This document shows positions 55,989 through 64,000 of a stretch of 64,000 bases of DNA, one piece after another. Both the position numbers and the translations under genes were made by a program. Positions within the stretch are counted from its first letter, which is position 1; the number at the start of each line of letters is the position of its first letter. Below the pieces are notes generated by a model. The model ran no database searches. It was not told the origin of the DNA and worked only from the letters and a program-made list of their open reading frames with translations. Source of the DNA: Vulcanimicrobiota bacterium (GTDB taxonomy: Bacteria; Vulcanimicrobiota; Vulcanimicrobiia; Vulcanimicrobiales; Vulcanimicrobiaceae); assembly GCA_003151115.1 (NCBI GenBank), contig PLWS01000001.1:51438-115437 (forward strand), written 5' to 3'.

Positions 55989-57836
55989 TTAGGGTTTTTT
56001 GTGGAAGTATTCCACCATGATCGCGCGCGCGATAGGCGCCGCCACTTGCGCGCCGTAGCCGCCGGAGCGATCGACGAAGACCGCCATGGCGATCTGCGCA
56101 TGTTTGGCGGGCGCGTAGGCGACGAACCACGTTGTGTTGGGTCCCGCTCCGCCTGCTGTCTCCGCAGTGCCGGTTTTTCCGCCGAATCGAAAGCCCGGGA
56201 TCGCTAAGCCGTAAGCCGTCCCGCCGGGATCGGTCACTTCATCCATGCCTTGACGCACGGCCTTAAGGGCTTCTTGCGTAACGGGAACGTGCCGGATGAT
56301 CTGCGGATCGTACCGCTTCACAAGCCGGCCGAGCGGATCGCGAATCTCGGCGACGATGTGCGGATGGTACAGCGTTCCGCCGTTGACGACGGCGGACTCG
56401 ACGTTTGCCATTTGCAGCGGTGTCGCTTGCATCGCGCCTTGCCCGATCGCCAAGCTGCAGACGTCGGATGGTTCTAAAGGAAGGCCGGAGCTTTTGAGCA
56501 TCGAGGCGTTCGTCGGCCAATTGCCTTCGAACTCACCCGGCAGATCGATGCCGCTTTTTGCGGCGAGCCCAAACGCAAGCGCGTATTTGCGTAGGCGCGC
56601 GTTCCCTAAGCGCCAGCCCATTTGAAAGAAATAACCGTCGGAAGAAGCCGCGAGCGCGCGCACGAATCCGGTCGGGCCCAGACCTCCGGCCGCCAAATCG
56701 CGGAAGAGCGCGCCGTAGCAATTCCAGGCGCCGCTGTCGTAGACGATCTCGTTGACCTTGACGACGCCGGCGGTCAGCGCTGCGGATCCGGTCACCATTT
56801 TAAAGGTCGATCCGGTCGGCGTCCCGGCCCCGATTGCGCGGTTAAAGAGGGCGGGCGGAGCTGCGGTCAGATAGTGCGCGATTTTCTTGGAATCGTTTGA
56901 CGCGAACGCGTTCGGATCGAAACTCGGATAGCTCGCAATCGCGCGGATCGCTCCCGTCCACGGATCCTCGATGACGACCGCGCCGCCGACTCCGGCGCGG
57001 CTGCCCGCCCACGAATGGATGCCGTTGGCCAGCGCGCGTTCGACGATGCGCTGCAGCCGCCAATCGATGTTCAGCACGAGCGTGTCGCCCGGAACCGGCT
57101 GTTTTTTGGGAAGCTTGATTCCCGGCACCACTTGGCTCTGCGCGTCGACGACCACACGTTCGCCGCCCGGTTCGCCGCGCAAATACCGATCGTAGGTATA
57201 TTCGAGGCCGTCTTTACCGACAACGTCGTTGGGCGAATAGCCTAAATTGCGCAGCTCTTTATATTCGGCTTCGCTGATCTGCCCGACGTATCCGACGAAC
57301 GCCGATCCTTGCGCGCCGTACGGATAGTCGCGGACGGCTTGCGCTTCGACATCGAAACCCGGCAGATCGACGAGCAGCTCCGTAAGTTTAACGACCTGCT
57401 GCACGGATAGGTCACTCGCAACGATGACGGGGCCGTAAGGTTCGTTGGCGTCGAGTTCGTCGAACGTAGTGTAGCTGACGCCGTGATGGTGGAAGAGGCG
57501 GTCACGCAACTGCGCGACGGGAACGCCGATAGCTTGCGATACACTCTTCAGCTCGCTGACCAGATCGGTCAACTCCGATGGAATGACGGCGACGACGAAC
57601 GACGGCCGGCTGCGGACGATCGGGACGCCGTTGCGATCGACGATCGATCCGCGCGGGGCGGCAACCGGAATCAGACGGATCTGATTTTCTTGGGCCGCCG
57701 CGCGAAAGGCGTCGCCTTGCACGAGTTGCACTTGAATGAGCCGCGCGAACAAGCCGATGAGCGCAAGCGCGACGAGGAAGGCGAAAATCGCAATCCGCCA
57801 CGTCGATCGTTCCCACGCGGGTTTGCGCCGGTACAT
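55989..57836 (-). CDS. mrdA: Penicillin-binding protein 2 (elongasome transpeptidase)
   Basis: 615 aa. N-terminal anchor, ..RGSIVDRNGVPI.., SxxK GSTFKMV, KTG GGKTGTAE. Downstream of mreCD. Confidence 0.92.
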   Translation of the reverse strand: MYRRKPAWERSTWRIAIFAFLVALALIGLFARLIQVQLVQGDAFRAAAQENQIRLIPVAAPRGSIVDRNGVPIVRSRPSFVVAVIPSELTDLVSELKSVSQAIGVPVAQLRDRLFHHHGVSYTTFDELDANEPYGPVIVASDLSVQQVVKLTELLVDLPGFDVEAQAVRDYPYGAQGSAFVGYVGQISEAEYKELRNLGYSPNDVVGKDGLEYTYDRYLRGEPGGERVVVDAQSQVVPGIKLPKKQPVPGDTLVLNIDWRLQRIVERALANGIHSWAGSRAGVGGAVVIEDPWTGAIRAIASYPSFDPNAFASNDSKKIAHYLTAAPPALFNRAIGAGTPTGSTFKMVTGSAALTAGVVKVNEIVYDSGAWNCYGALFRDLAAGGLGPTGFVRALAASSDGYFFQMGWRLGNARLRKYALAFGLAAKSGIDLPGEFEGNWPTNASMLKSSGLPLEPSDVCSLAIGQGAMQATPLQMANVESAVVNGGTLYHPHIVAEIRDPLGRLVKRYDPQIIRHVPVTQEALKAVRQGMDEVTDPGGTAYGLAIPGFRFGGKTGTAETAGGAGPNTTWFVAYAPAKHAQIAMAVFVDRSGGYGAQVAAPIARAIMVEYFHKKP

Positions 57837-58378
57837 TACGCTCTACGCCGTTCCATGAGACGCAAAACCAGCATCAACGCCGCAGCGATCGCCGCATTCA
57901 TGAGCGCTTCCCAAAGCGCTTGATGCGCGTGGACGCCGGCGTACCCGCGCGGATACCCCTCCAGCGAGAGTACGCTCCAAAAGATAAGACGCCGGAGGAG
58001 CGTGCCAATCGCGACGGCCGCCGTGAGCACGGGAATGGAATCTGCAAAGAACCCTTGCGAGAGCGATCCCACCAAGAGTGCAGTTCCCGTCGTTGCGATC
58101 GTCCAGCCGCCGCCGGTTGCGGCTCCGGTCAGCGCTCCGCCCAAGATGTCTTCGCATGCGCCCGCGATCAGGCCGAAAAGCACCGCGCGCCGGACGTCGG
58201 TGCGCAGTGCATACCAGACGACCGCAACCAGAACCAAACTCGGCTCGGCGTGATGCCACGTGAGGAAGTGCATGAACTCGATCTGCGTGACCAAAGCGAT
58301 CGCCAAAAAAATAGCGGCTTGCCACCAATAGGGACCCGCGAACGGAGTTTCTTGAGGTTTAGCGCGGAAGGACGACAA
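57836..58378 (-). CDS. mreD: Rod shape-determining protein MreD
   Basis: 180 aa, polytopic and hydrophobic. Position between mreC and mrdA. The stop shares one nucleotide with the mrdA ATG (TAATG). Confidence 0.8.
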   Translation of the reverse strand: MSSFRAKPQETPFAGPYWWQAAIFLAIALVTQIEFMHFLTWHHAEPSLVLVAVVWYALRTDVRRAVLFGLIAGACEDILGGALTGAATGGGWTIATTGTALLVGSLSQGFFADSIPVLTAAVAIGTLLRRLIFWSVLSLEGYPRGYAGVHAHQALWEALMNAAIAAALMLVLRLMERRRA

Positions 58379-59162
58379 CGCGATCGAGCGTCGAGAAATC
58401 GACCGCCGGTTTCACGATCGCAGTCTGGTAAAGCGGCGAGTCGCGTTCGATCTTGACGATCGTTCCCAGCAGCGCGCCGGAATGGAACGAGCGCGCTTCG
58501 GCCGTTACGACTCTGTCGCCGGTGCGCAGCTGAGCGTCTTGCGAAACGTATTCGAGCCGAATGGAGTCGGCGTTGCCGCGCGCGATGCCCCAATAGCGGC
58601 CGCGCTGCACGAGCGCCGGAATGGTGCTCGTGAAATCCGTAATAAGCGCGACTTGGCTGGTGAATGGCGACGCTTCGATCACCCGTCCCATCACGCCTGG
58701 TCCGGCGAGCACGCCGTCGTCGCGCGCCACGCCGCTGCGCGTTCCTTTGTCGATCGTTACGGTTTGGATGCCGCCTTCGGGCGGGAAGCCGATGACGCGC
58801 GCTTCGATCGAGCCCGCGTAACTTTGGAGTTCCGGCTGAACGGCAAGCTGGCTGTTCGAAGCGGCCAGCGCTTCATGCAGGCGTGCGTTCTCCCGTTCGA
58901 GTTGCAGGTTCTCGGACTTCAACGCCGCGTTTTGGGCCTTCAGAGCCGGGAGGTTAAGGGCAGTCCGGCCACCCGAACGCACGGCTCCGACGGCGGTCGA
59001 AGCGCCTTCTTCGATGCCGATGCCGAGCGTCGTAGCGATGGTCGTCAGCGGGCTGGGCGTGCCGGTCCGGGCTGCAGTTACCTGCAGCAGCGCGACCAGC
59101 GCCGCCGCGATAATCACCCCGAGTACCGCGAATAGCCTGCGTTCGTCCCGATAAGTAAAGAT
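58359..59162 (-). CDS. mreC: Rod shape-determining protein MreC (start proposed at ATC 59162; the ORF track starts at GTG 59117)
   Basis: Coiled coil ..LKAQNAALKSENLQLERENARLHEAL.. then beta-barrel domains. A GTG start would begin inside the TM helix. In-frame upstream codons give (I)FTYRDERRLFAVLG-VIIAAALVALL, a basic cytoplasmic tail plus TM. A GGGGAG Shine-Dalgarno lies 9 nt before the ATC. Confidence 0.85.
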   Translation of the reverse strand: MFTYRDERRLFAVLGVIIAAALVALLQVTAARTGTPSPLTTIATTLGIGIEEGASTAVGAVRSGGRTALNLPALKAQNAALKSENLQLERENARLHEALAASNSQLAVQPELQSYAGSIEARVIGFPPEGGIQTVTIDKGTRSGVARDDGVLAGPGVMGRVIEASPFTSQVALITDFTSTIPALVQRGRYWGIARGNADSIRLEYVSQDAQLRTGDRVVTAEARSFHSGALLGTIVKIERDSPLYQTAIVKPAVDFSTLDRVVVLPR

Positions 59163-59196
59163 AGTTAAAAACTCCCCTGCTCCAGTAGGGACTCTG

Positions 59197-59760
59197 CTAA
59201 TTCGTTATCGGCAAGACAAATCCCAACCGGCGGAGCGTTCGCACGAAACGGGCCAGCGGGAAGCCCATGACGGTGTAGAAATCGCCGTCGATCCGCTCGA
59301 CGAGCGAGGCGCCGTGCGCCTGAATGCCGTAGCCGCCGGCCTTATCGAAGGGTTCGCCGCTCGCGACGTACCGGTCGATTTCGCCGGGTTCCAGCGGGAA
59401 GAACGTGACGCGCGTGCTCTCGCATTCGACCGTAGTCGTGCCGCCCGCGCAGATTGCCAGCGACGTGTGAACGACATGCGTGCGGCCCGAAAGCGCCGCC
59501 AGCATGCGCCGCGCGTCCGCGGCGTCGGCGGGTTTGTTAAAAGCCGTTCCGTCCACGTCGACGACCGTATCCGCCGCAACCACCACGTCGTTTGGAAAAC
59601 GCATGGCGACGGTTTCACATTTGGCGCGCGCGTGTTCGGTCGCGAGTTCGCGCGGCGCCAGCTCGGCGCGATCCGGTTCGTGATAACCGCTTGGTACGAC
59701 GTGCACGTCGAGGCCCAGCGATTGCAGCAACTCCAAGCGGCGCGGCGATGCGCTCGCCAA
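59197..59760 (-). CDS. maf: Maf-like nucleoside triphosphate pyrophosphatase
   Basis: ORF 59197..59940 trimmed. The conserved start region reads ..VKIVLASASPRRLELLQSLG.. The upstream gene's stop is at 59768-59770. TTG 59760 is the first canonical start (MASASPRR..); ATC 59766 is an alternative. Confidence 0.85.
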   Translation of the reverse strand: MASASPRRLELLQSLGLDVHVVPSGYHEPDRAELAPRELATEHARAKCETVAMRFPNDVVVAADTVVDVDGTAFNKPADAADARRMLAALSGRTHVVHTSLAICAGGTTTVECESTRVTFFPLEPGEIDRYVASGEPFDKAGGYGIQAHGASLVERIDGDFYTVMGFPLARFVRTLRRLGFVLPITN

Positions 59761-59767
59761 AACGATC

Positions 59768-60157
59768 TTAACGGTACGTCTTTCCGCCGGCTTCGATGAA
59801 CCCGCTGATGTGACGTCCACGCGGATCGCGATGCGTCCAGTGGATGACGCCGTCGTTGCATTCGTACTGTCCCTGCAGCGAAACCGGCTCGCCTTTTGAA
59901 AGCGGAATGAGTCCGGTGATGGAAGTGTTGTTCTCGACACGGATCGTCAGCGCGTCGCTGCGCAGCAAGAAACCTTCATGCGATCCGCTGCCCGAGCTGT
60001 ACGTGCCGAGCAGACGCGCGACCGTTCCCGAAGCGGTCACTTCGACGGCGGAAGCTCCGCGCGCGCAGATGCCCATGGCTTTCGCCACGCTCACCGGGCC
60101 GCCCGCACAGCCGCTTAATGCGACCGCGAGCAGCGCAAAAACAATTTTACGATTCAT
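59768..60157 (-). CDS. Small lipoprotein with an HWTH motif (DUF3465-like)
   Basis: 129 aa. Lipobox ALSGC. ..GSHEGFLLRSD..IRVENN.., ..GVIHWTHRDPRGRHISGFI.. The family assignment is from memory only. Confidence 0.55.
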   Translation of the reverse strand: MNRKIVFALLAVALSGCAGGPVSVAKAMGICARGASAVEVTASGTVARLLGTYSSGSGSHEGFLLRSDALTIRVENNTSITGLIPLSKGEPVSLQGQYECNDGVIHWTHRDPRGRHISGFIEAGGKTYR

Positions 60158-60758
60158 CGTGCGCCGCGTAAACGTTGTTGGCGGTGATGTATTCCCAGAC
60201 CGGTTCGGGCACCAAGTATCGTGCGGATCTTCCTTGCGCGAGCAGCGTCCGGATTAGCGTCGCGCTCTCGGGCATTTCGGGAAGATTCAGCGTTTTTATG
60301 CGCGATCGCAAAGCCCCCGGGACCGCGGAAACGACGCGCGAAAGCGTGTCGGCCGCGATGCCGGCGCGCGGCGCAATCACGAACGCTTCGAGCGATTCGA
60401 GCACTTCCTCGAACCTGACCCACGAGCTCTCTGCCAGCGAGTCCGCGCCGGTAACGAAGACGAAGCTGTCGTCGGGATAGCGCGCATGCAGCCGCGGCAG
60501 CAAGTCGGCGGTATATCCGGTTGCGCCGGGTTCCAAGTCGCTGCGATCGAGCGTGAAGCGGTCGTTGGTAGCGATGGCGAGCGTCAGCATCGCGCAGCGC
60601 TGTTCGGCCGAAGCCGCCGGTTTTTCGCGATAGTGCACGTTGTTGGTGGGAACGAAGATCACGCGATCGAGACCTTCGAGCCGGCGCGCGGATTCCGCAA
60701 TAAAGAGATGCAGGTTATGCACGGGATCGAACGTGCCGCCAAAAACTCCTACGCGCAT
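60147..60758 (-). CDS. nadD: Nicotinate-nucleotide adenylyltransferase
   Basis: 203 aa. MRVGVFGGTFDPVHNLHL.. (GxFxPxHxxH) and ..SATLIR.. near the C-terminus. Confidence 0.92.
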   Translation of the reverse strand: MRVGVFGGTFDPVHNLHLFIAESARRLEGLDRVIFVPTNNVHYREKPAASAEQRCAMLTLAIATNDRFTLDRSDLEPGATGYTADLLPRLHARYPDDSFVFVTGADSLAESSWVRFEEVLESLEAFVIAPRAGIAADTLSRVVSAVPGALRSRIKTLNLPEMPESATLIRTLLAQGRSARYLVPEPVWEYITANNVYAAHDES

Positions 60759-62020
60759 TATGAATACAAAAACTCGTATGGGCCGATGCGCACGGTGTCT
60801 CCTTCGGCGGCGCCCAGCTCGCGCAGTTTTTTCTCGACCCCCATCTTGGCAAGAATCTGTTCGAAGCGCGCCAGTCCTTCATCTGAATCGAAGTCGGTCA
60901 TGGCCGCCAGGCGCTCCACGCGGTCGCCAGCGATGACGAAGACTCCCTCTTCCTTTGTAATGGAGAACGGCTCCGACGGCCGCAGGTTGATGACTGCGGC
61001 GCTGTCGGGCGCGAGCTCGACGGGCGGCGCGCCCGCGATCGCCTGCGCGGCCGCATACATCAATTCTTGTACGCCTTCGCGCGTCGCGGCGCTGATGCCG
61101 AAGACGTGCGGAAACTGATCGCGTAATTCGCGCAGCCGTTCGCGCGCCTCCGGCAGATCGAGTTTCGAAACCGCCAGCAGCACGGGTTTTTCGACCAAGC
61201 GCGGATTCCACGCGCGCAGCTCGTTTTCGATCGTCGCTTTGTCGGCCAAAATCTCGTCGAGCGCTTTACCGCCGTCGAGCAGATGGATCAGCACGCGCGT
61301 ACGTTCGACGTGCCGCAAGAATTGATCGCCCAGACCCGCGCCGGCATGCGCGCCTTCGATCAATCCCGGGACGTCGACAAGCACGAAAGACTCTTCGTCG
61401 GAGATCCTGACGACGCCGAGTTGCGGTTCGAGCGTCGTGAACGGGTAGTCGGCAATCTTCGGGCGGGCTGCCGAGACCGACGCGAGCAGCGTCGACTTGC
61501 CCGCGTTGGGAACGCCGATGATCCCGCAGTCCGCGAGCAACCGCAGCTCCATTCGCAGGCGAAAGCGCTCGCCGGGCTCGCCCTTTTCGGCGAACCGCGG
61601 CGCTTGCCGCGTGCTCGTTGCGAAATGCTGATTGCCCAAGCCGCCGCGCCCGCCTTTTGCAACGAGCATCCGTTCTCCGGGCGCGCTCAAGTCGGCGAAA
61701 AAATGCTCCGGCTCGTCTTCGACTCCGCGGTAGAGCAGTGTTCCGGGCGGCACTCTGATGATCAGATCCTCGCCGCTGCGCCCCGACTTGTTCGAAGTGC
61801 CGCCGGCTTTGCCGGAGTCGGCCGAAAACTGGCGTTTGAAACGAAATTCGACGAGCGTCGAAAGCTCCGGCGACGCTTCCATATAGATGCTGCCGCCGTG
61901 ACCGCCGTCACCGCCCGCGGGTCCGCCTTTAGGAATGAACTTCTCGCGCCGCCATGCGACCTTGCCGTCGCCGCCCTTTCCGGCCGCCACCACGATCGAG
62001 GCTTCGTCTATAAACTGCAT
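60758..62020 (-). CDS. obg: GTPase Obg/CgtA
   Basis: ORF 60758..62041 (TTG) trimmed to ATG 62020 (MQFIDEASIVVAAGKGGDGKVAWRREKF.PKGGPAGGDGGHGG..). G-domain GVPNAGKSTLL, DVPGLIEGA. OCT-like C-terminal domain. Confidence 0.95.
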   Translation of the reverse strand: MQFIDEASIVVAAGKGGDGKVAWRREKFIPKGGPAGGDGGHGGSIYMEASPELSTLVEFRFKRQFSADSGKAGGTSNKSGRSGEDLIIRVPPGTLLYRGVEDEPEHFFADLSAPGERMLVAKGGRGGLGNQHFATSTRQAPRFAEKGEPGERFRLRMELRLLADCGIIGVPNAGKSTLLASVSAARPKIADYPFTTLEPQLGVVRISDEESFVLVDVPGLIEGAHAGAGLGDQFLRHVERTRVLIHLLDGGKALDEILADKATIENELRAWNPRLVEKPVLLAVSKLDLPEARERLRELRDQFPHVFGISAATREGVQELMYAAAQAIAGAPPVELAPDSAAVINLRPSEPFSITKEEGVFVIAGDRVERLAAMTDFDSDEGLARFEQILAKMGVEKKLRELGAAEGDTVRIGPYEFLYS

Positions 62021-62084
62021 GGTACGAAACGTGCGAAACAAAAAAGGACCCGCAGGCCCTCTTCAGGTGAGACGCGCCGCGGTT

Positions 62085-62363
62085 TCAGGCGACCGCGCGC
62101 ACGTGGATGTGTTTGCGATTACGGTGCATCGCAAACTCTACGACGCCGTCGGCCAGTGCGAAGAGCGTGTGGTCTTTGCCCATGCCGACGTTCTCGCCCG
62201 GACAGACGCGCGTGCCGCGCTGGCGGACCAAGATGTTGCCCGCGATGACGGCCTGCCCGCCGAAGCGCTTGACACCCAGGCGCTGCGCGTTGGAGTCGCG
62301 GCCGTTCCGGGTGGACCCGGCGCCCTTCTTCGAGGCAAAAAGTTGAAGGTCGAATACGAACAT
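62085..62363 (-). CDS. rpmA: 50S ribosomal protein L27 with a Firmicute-type N-terminal propeptide
   Basis: 92 aa. [37 protein letters not shown].. The mature-type ASKKG..NGRDS core is preceded by a 9-residue extension. Confidence 0.95.
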   Translation of the reverse strand: MFVFDLQLFASKKGAGSTRNGRDSNAQRLGVKRFGGQAVIAGNILVRQRGTRVCPGENVGMGKDHTLFALADGVVEFAMHRNRKHIHVRAVA

Positions 62364-62446
62364 GGCCGCAGCACTATATCATAGCCGGGCCTCTTGCGGC
62401 AAGGGCAAAAGGTTCCCGGCTCGGCGCGCCCTAACAGGAGTCCGTT

Positions 62447-63688
62447 TTGACAAAGCGACGCGTCGTCGTCACCGGACTTGGGGCGGTGACGCCCCTGGGC
62501 AACACCACCCAAGAGTTTTGGCGGCGCCTCGTCGCGGGCGAAAGCGGCGTCGGGCCTATTACGGCATTCGACGCAAGCGACTTCGCGACGCGCTTCGCGG
62601 CGGAGGTCAAGGACTTCGACGCCGACAGCTTGATCGGGAAGCGCGAAGCCCGCCGGATGGACCGCTTCTCGCAATACGCCCTCGTCGCGGCGCGCGAGGC
62701 AATCGCGGACGCGAAGCTGCCCGACGATCAGGAATTCAAGAACCGGGTCGGCTCGATACTCGGCACCGGCATCGGCGGCATCCTGACGTTCTGGCACAAC
62801 TCCGACATCGCCAACAAGAACGGCACGTGGTCGAAGGTCACGCCGTTCTTCATTCCGATGCTGATGGCCAACGCGTCGGCGGCGCACATCTCGATGCAAT
62901 TTGGATTTCGCGGGCCGTTCTTTTCGGCGGCGAGCGCGTGCGCCAGCGCCAACGACGCGATCATAACCGCGTACAATTACGTGGTGCTCGGCGACTGCGA
63001 CGCGATGATCGCGGGCGGCACCGAGGCAACCATCTCGCCGCTCGCGGTCGGAGGTTTCAGTTCGATGAAGGCGCTCTCGACGCGCAACGACGAGCCCACG
63101 CGCGCGAGCCGGCCATTCGATAAAGAACGCGACGGTTTCGTGCTGGCTGAAGGCGCCGGCATTCTGGTGCTCGAGGAATACGAGCACGCGAAAGCGCGCG
63201 GCGCGAAGATATACTGCGAAGTTCTTGGCTACGGGCAATCGGCCGACGCTTACAACTTGGTCGCGCCCGATCCCGAAAGCCTGGGGGTCGAGCTCGCGCT
63301 CAAACGCTCGCTGGAACATTCGGGCATCGGTCCGGGCGAAGTCGATTATATCAACGCGCACGGCACGTCGACCCCGCAGGGTGACGTTGCCGAATCGCAA
63401 GCGATCGAACGCGTCTTCGGAGCGGACACGAAGGTCGCGGTCAGTTCTACCAAGTCCATGCACGGCCACGCGCTCGGAGCGGCCGGCGGGATCGAAGGCG
63501 TGGCTTGCGCGCTGGCGGTCGAGCGCGACATTATGCCGCCCACGATCAACTACGAGGTCCCAGATCCGGACTGCACGCTGGACTACGTTCCGAACGTGGC
63601 GCGCAAGGCGCCCGTGCGCGTTGCGCTTTCCAACAGCTTCGGTTTCGGCGGCCACAACAGCGTTTTGGTGTTCGGCAAAGTCCGCTGA
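62447..63688 (+). CDS. fabF: 3-oxoacyl-ACP synthase II
   Basis: 413 aa. TTG start with an AGGAG 7 nt upstream. ..RRVVVTGLGAVTPLGN.., active-site ..SAASACASANDAI.., ..NAHGTSTP.., ..NSFGFGGHN.. Confidence 0.95.
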   Translation: MTKRRVVVTGLGAVTPLGNTTQEFWRRLVAGESGVGPITAFDASDFATRFAAEVKDFDADSLIGKREARRMDRFSQYALVAAREAIADAKLPDDQEFKNRVGSILGTGIGGILTFWHNSDIANKNGTWSKVTPFFIPMLMANASAAHISMQFGFRGPFFSAASACASANDAIITAYNYVVLGDCDAMIAGGTEATISPLAVGGFSSMKALSTRNDEPTRASRPFDKERDGFVLAEGAGILVLEEYEHAKARGAKIYCEVLGYGQSADAYNLVAPDPESLGVELALKRSLEHSGIGPGEVDYINAHGTSTPQGDVAESQAIERVFGADTKVAVSSTKSMHGHALGAAGGIEGVACALAVERDIMPPTINYEVPDPDCTLDYVPNVARKAPVRVALSNSFGFGGHNSVLVFGKVR

Positions 63689-64000
63689 TGGCGGGCGAAG
63701 CGCGGCGCCGCCGGCTGCGCGCGCTGCTCCGGAAAGCCCACGTCGCCCCGACCGACCTCGCCGAGTTCGAGCACGCCTTCGTCCATGAGAGCGCCGCGCG
63801 CGAGCGCCGGAAGCATTCCAACGAACGTCTGGAGTTCTTGGGCGACGCCGTCGTGGGATTGGTCGCGGCCGGATGGCTTTTCGAAGAGCATCCGCAGGCC
63901 AGCGAAGGCTGGCTGACCGCGCGAAAGGCCGCGATCGTACGCGACAGCTCGCTGGCCGCGACCGCGCTCCGGCTCGGGTTCGCCGATTTGGTCGAGCTGG
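63688..64000 (+). CDS. rnc: Ribonuclease III, N-terminal part (runs off the window)
   Basis: Not in the ORF track because it has no stop. Hand translation from ATG 63688 (TGATG overlap with fabF): MAGEARRRRLRALLRKAHVAPTDLAEFEHAFVHESAARERRKHSNERLEFLGDAVVGLVAAGWLF.., with the RNase III signature ERLEFLGDAV. Confidence 0.9.
   Translation, partial: MAGEARRRRLRALLRKAHVAPTDLAEFEHAFVHESAARERRKHSNERLEFLGDAVVGLVAAGWLFEEHPQASEGWLTARKAAIVRDSSLAATALRLGFADLVEL

Overview
High-GC chromosomal segment (about 60-70% G+C in the 60-nt lines I counted by hand) from a diderm bacterium. It spans the replication origin.

Left arm, 1-26.4 kb, all on the minus strand:
- An outer-membrane/lipid A supercluster: lptB(partial), lptA-like, O-antigen-ligase-like, lpxB-related paralog, metallophosphoesterase, lpxB, lpxA, fabZ, lpxC, lpxD, three skp/ompH paralogs, bamA, tamB.
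- Then gyrB, a DUF721 (DciA-like) gene, recF, a secreted phosphoesterase, dnaN and dnaA.

Right arm, 30.3-42.4 kb, all on the plus strand: rpmH, rnpA, yidD, yidC, jag, mnmE, hdeD-like, mnmG, rsmG, cca, parA, parB, thiE, thiD, trpS.

The strand switch, a cluster of DnaA-box-like 9-mers (26549-26726) and an AT-rich stretch (24834-24870) place oriC at about 24.8-26.8 kb.

Main candidate for something new: a lower-GC insertion of about 3.3 kb sits exactly between the DnaA-box cluster and rpmH.
- It is bracketed by 84-bp direct repeats (79/84 identical). Each repeat carries a near-consensus sigma70 promoter.
- It encodes two mini-ORFs absent from the ORF track (a Zn-ribbon-like protein and a single-TM peptide), a P63C-like phage protein, an IS1-family transposase with no recognisable inverted repeats, and a DUF3800 protein.

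Further right:
- A three-subunit formate dehydrogenase. Its alpha subunit is split in the ORF track by an in-frame TGA followed by a SECIS-like hairpin, so I read it as selenocysteine.
- Two half-size CHAD ORFs, PBP4 (dacB), a lower-GC patch (2-TM mini-protein plus secreted alpha/beta hydrolase) and an aminotransferase.
- A 1062-aa protein with six Ig-like repeats and no signal peptide, start/stop-overlapped with a TM-HEAT-like protein.
- mrdA, mreD, mreC (no mreB), maf, a lipoprotein, nadD, obg, rpmA, then fabF and rnc(partial).

Other observations:
- Several conserved genes (recF, mnmE, mreC, probably thiE) have conserved N-terminal residues upstream of any ATG/GTG/TTG. This suggests ATT/ATC/CTG initiation.
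- No rRNA, tRNA or CRISPR array was recognised.

All family names are motif recognition by eye, not database hits.
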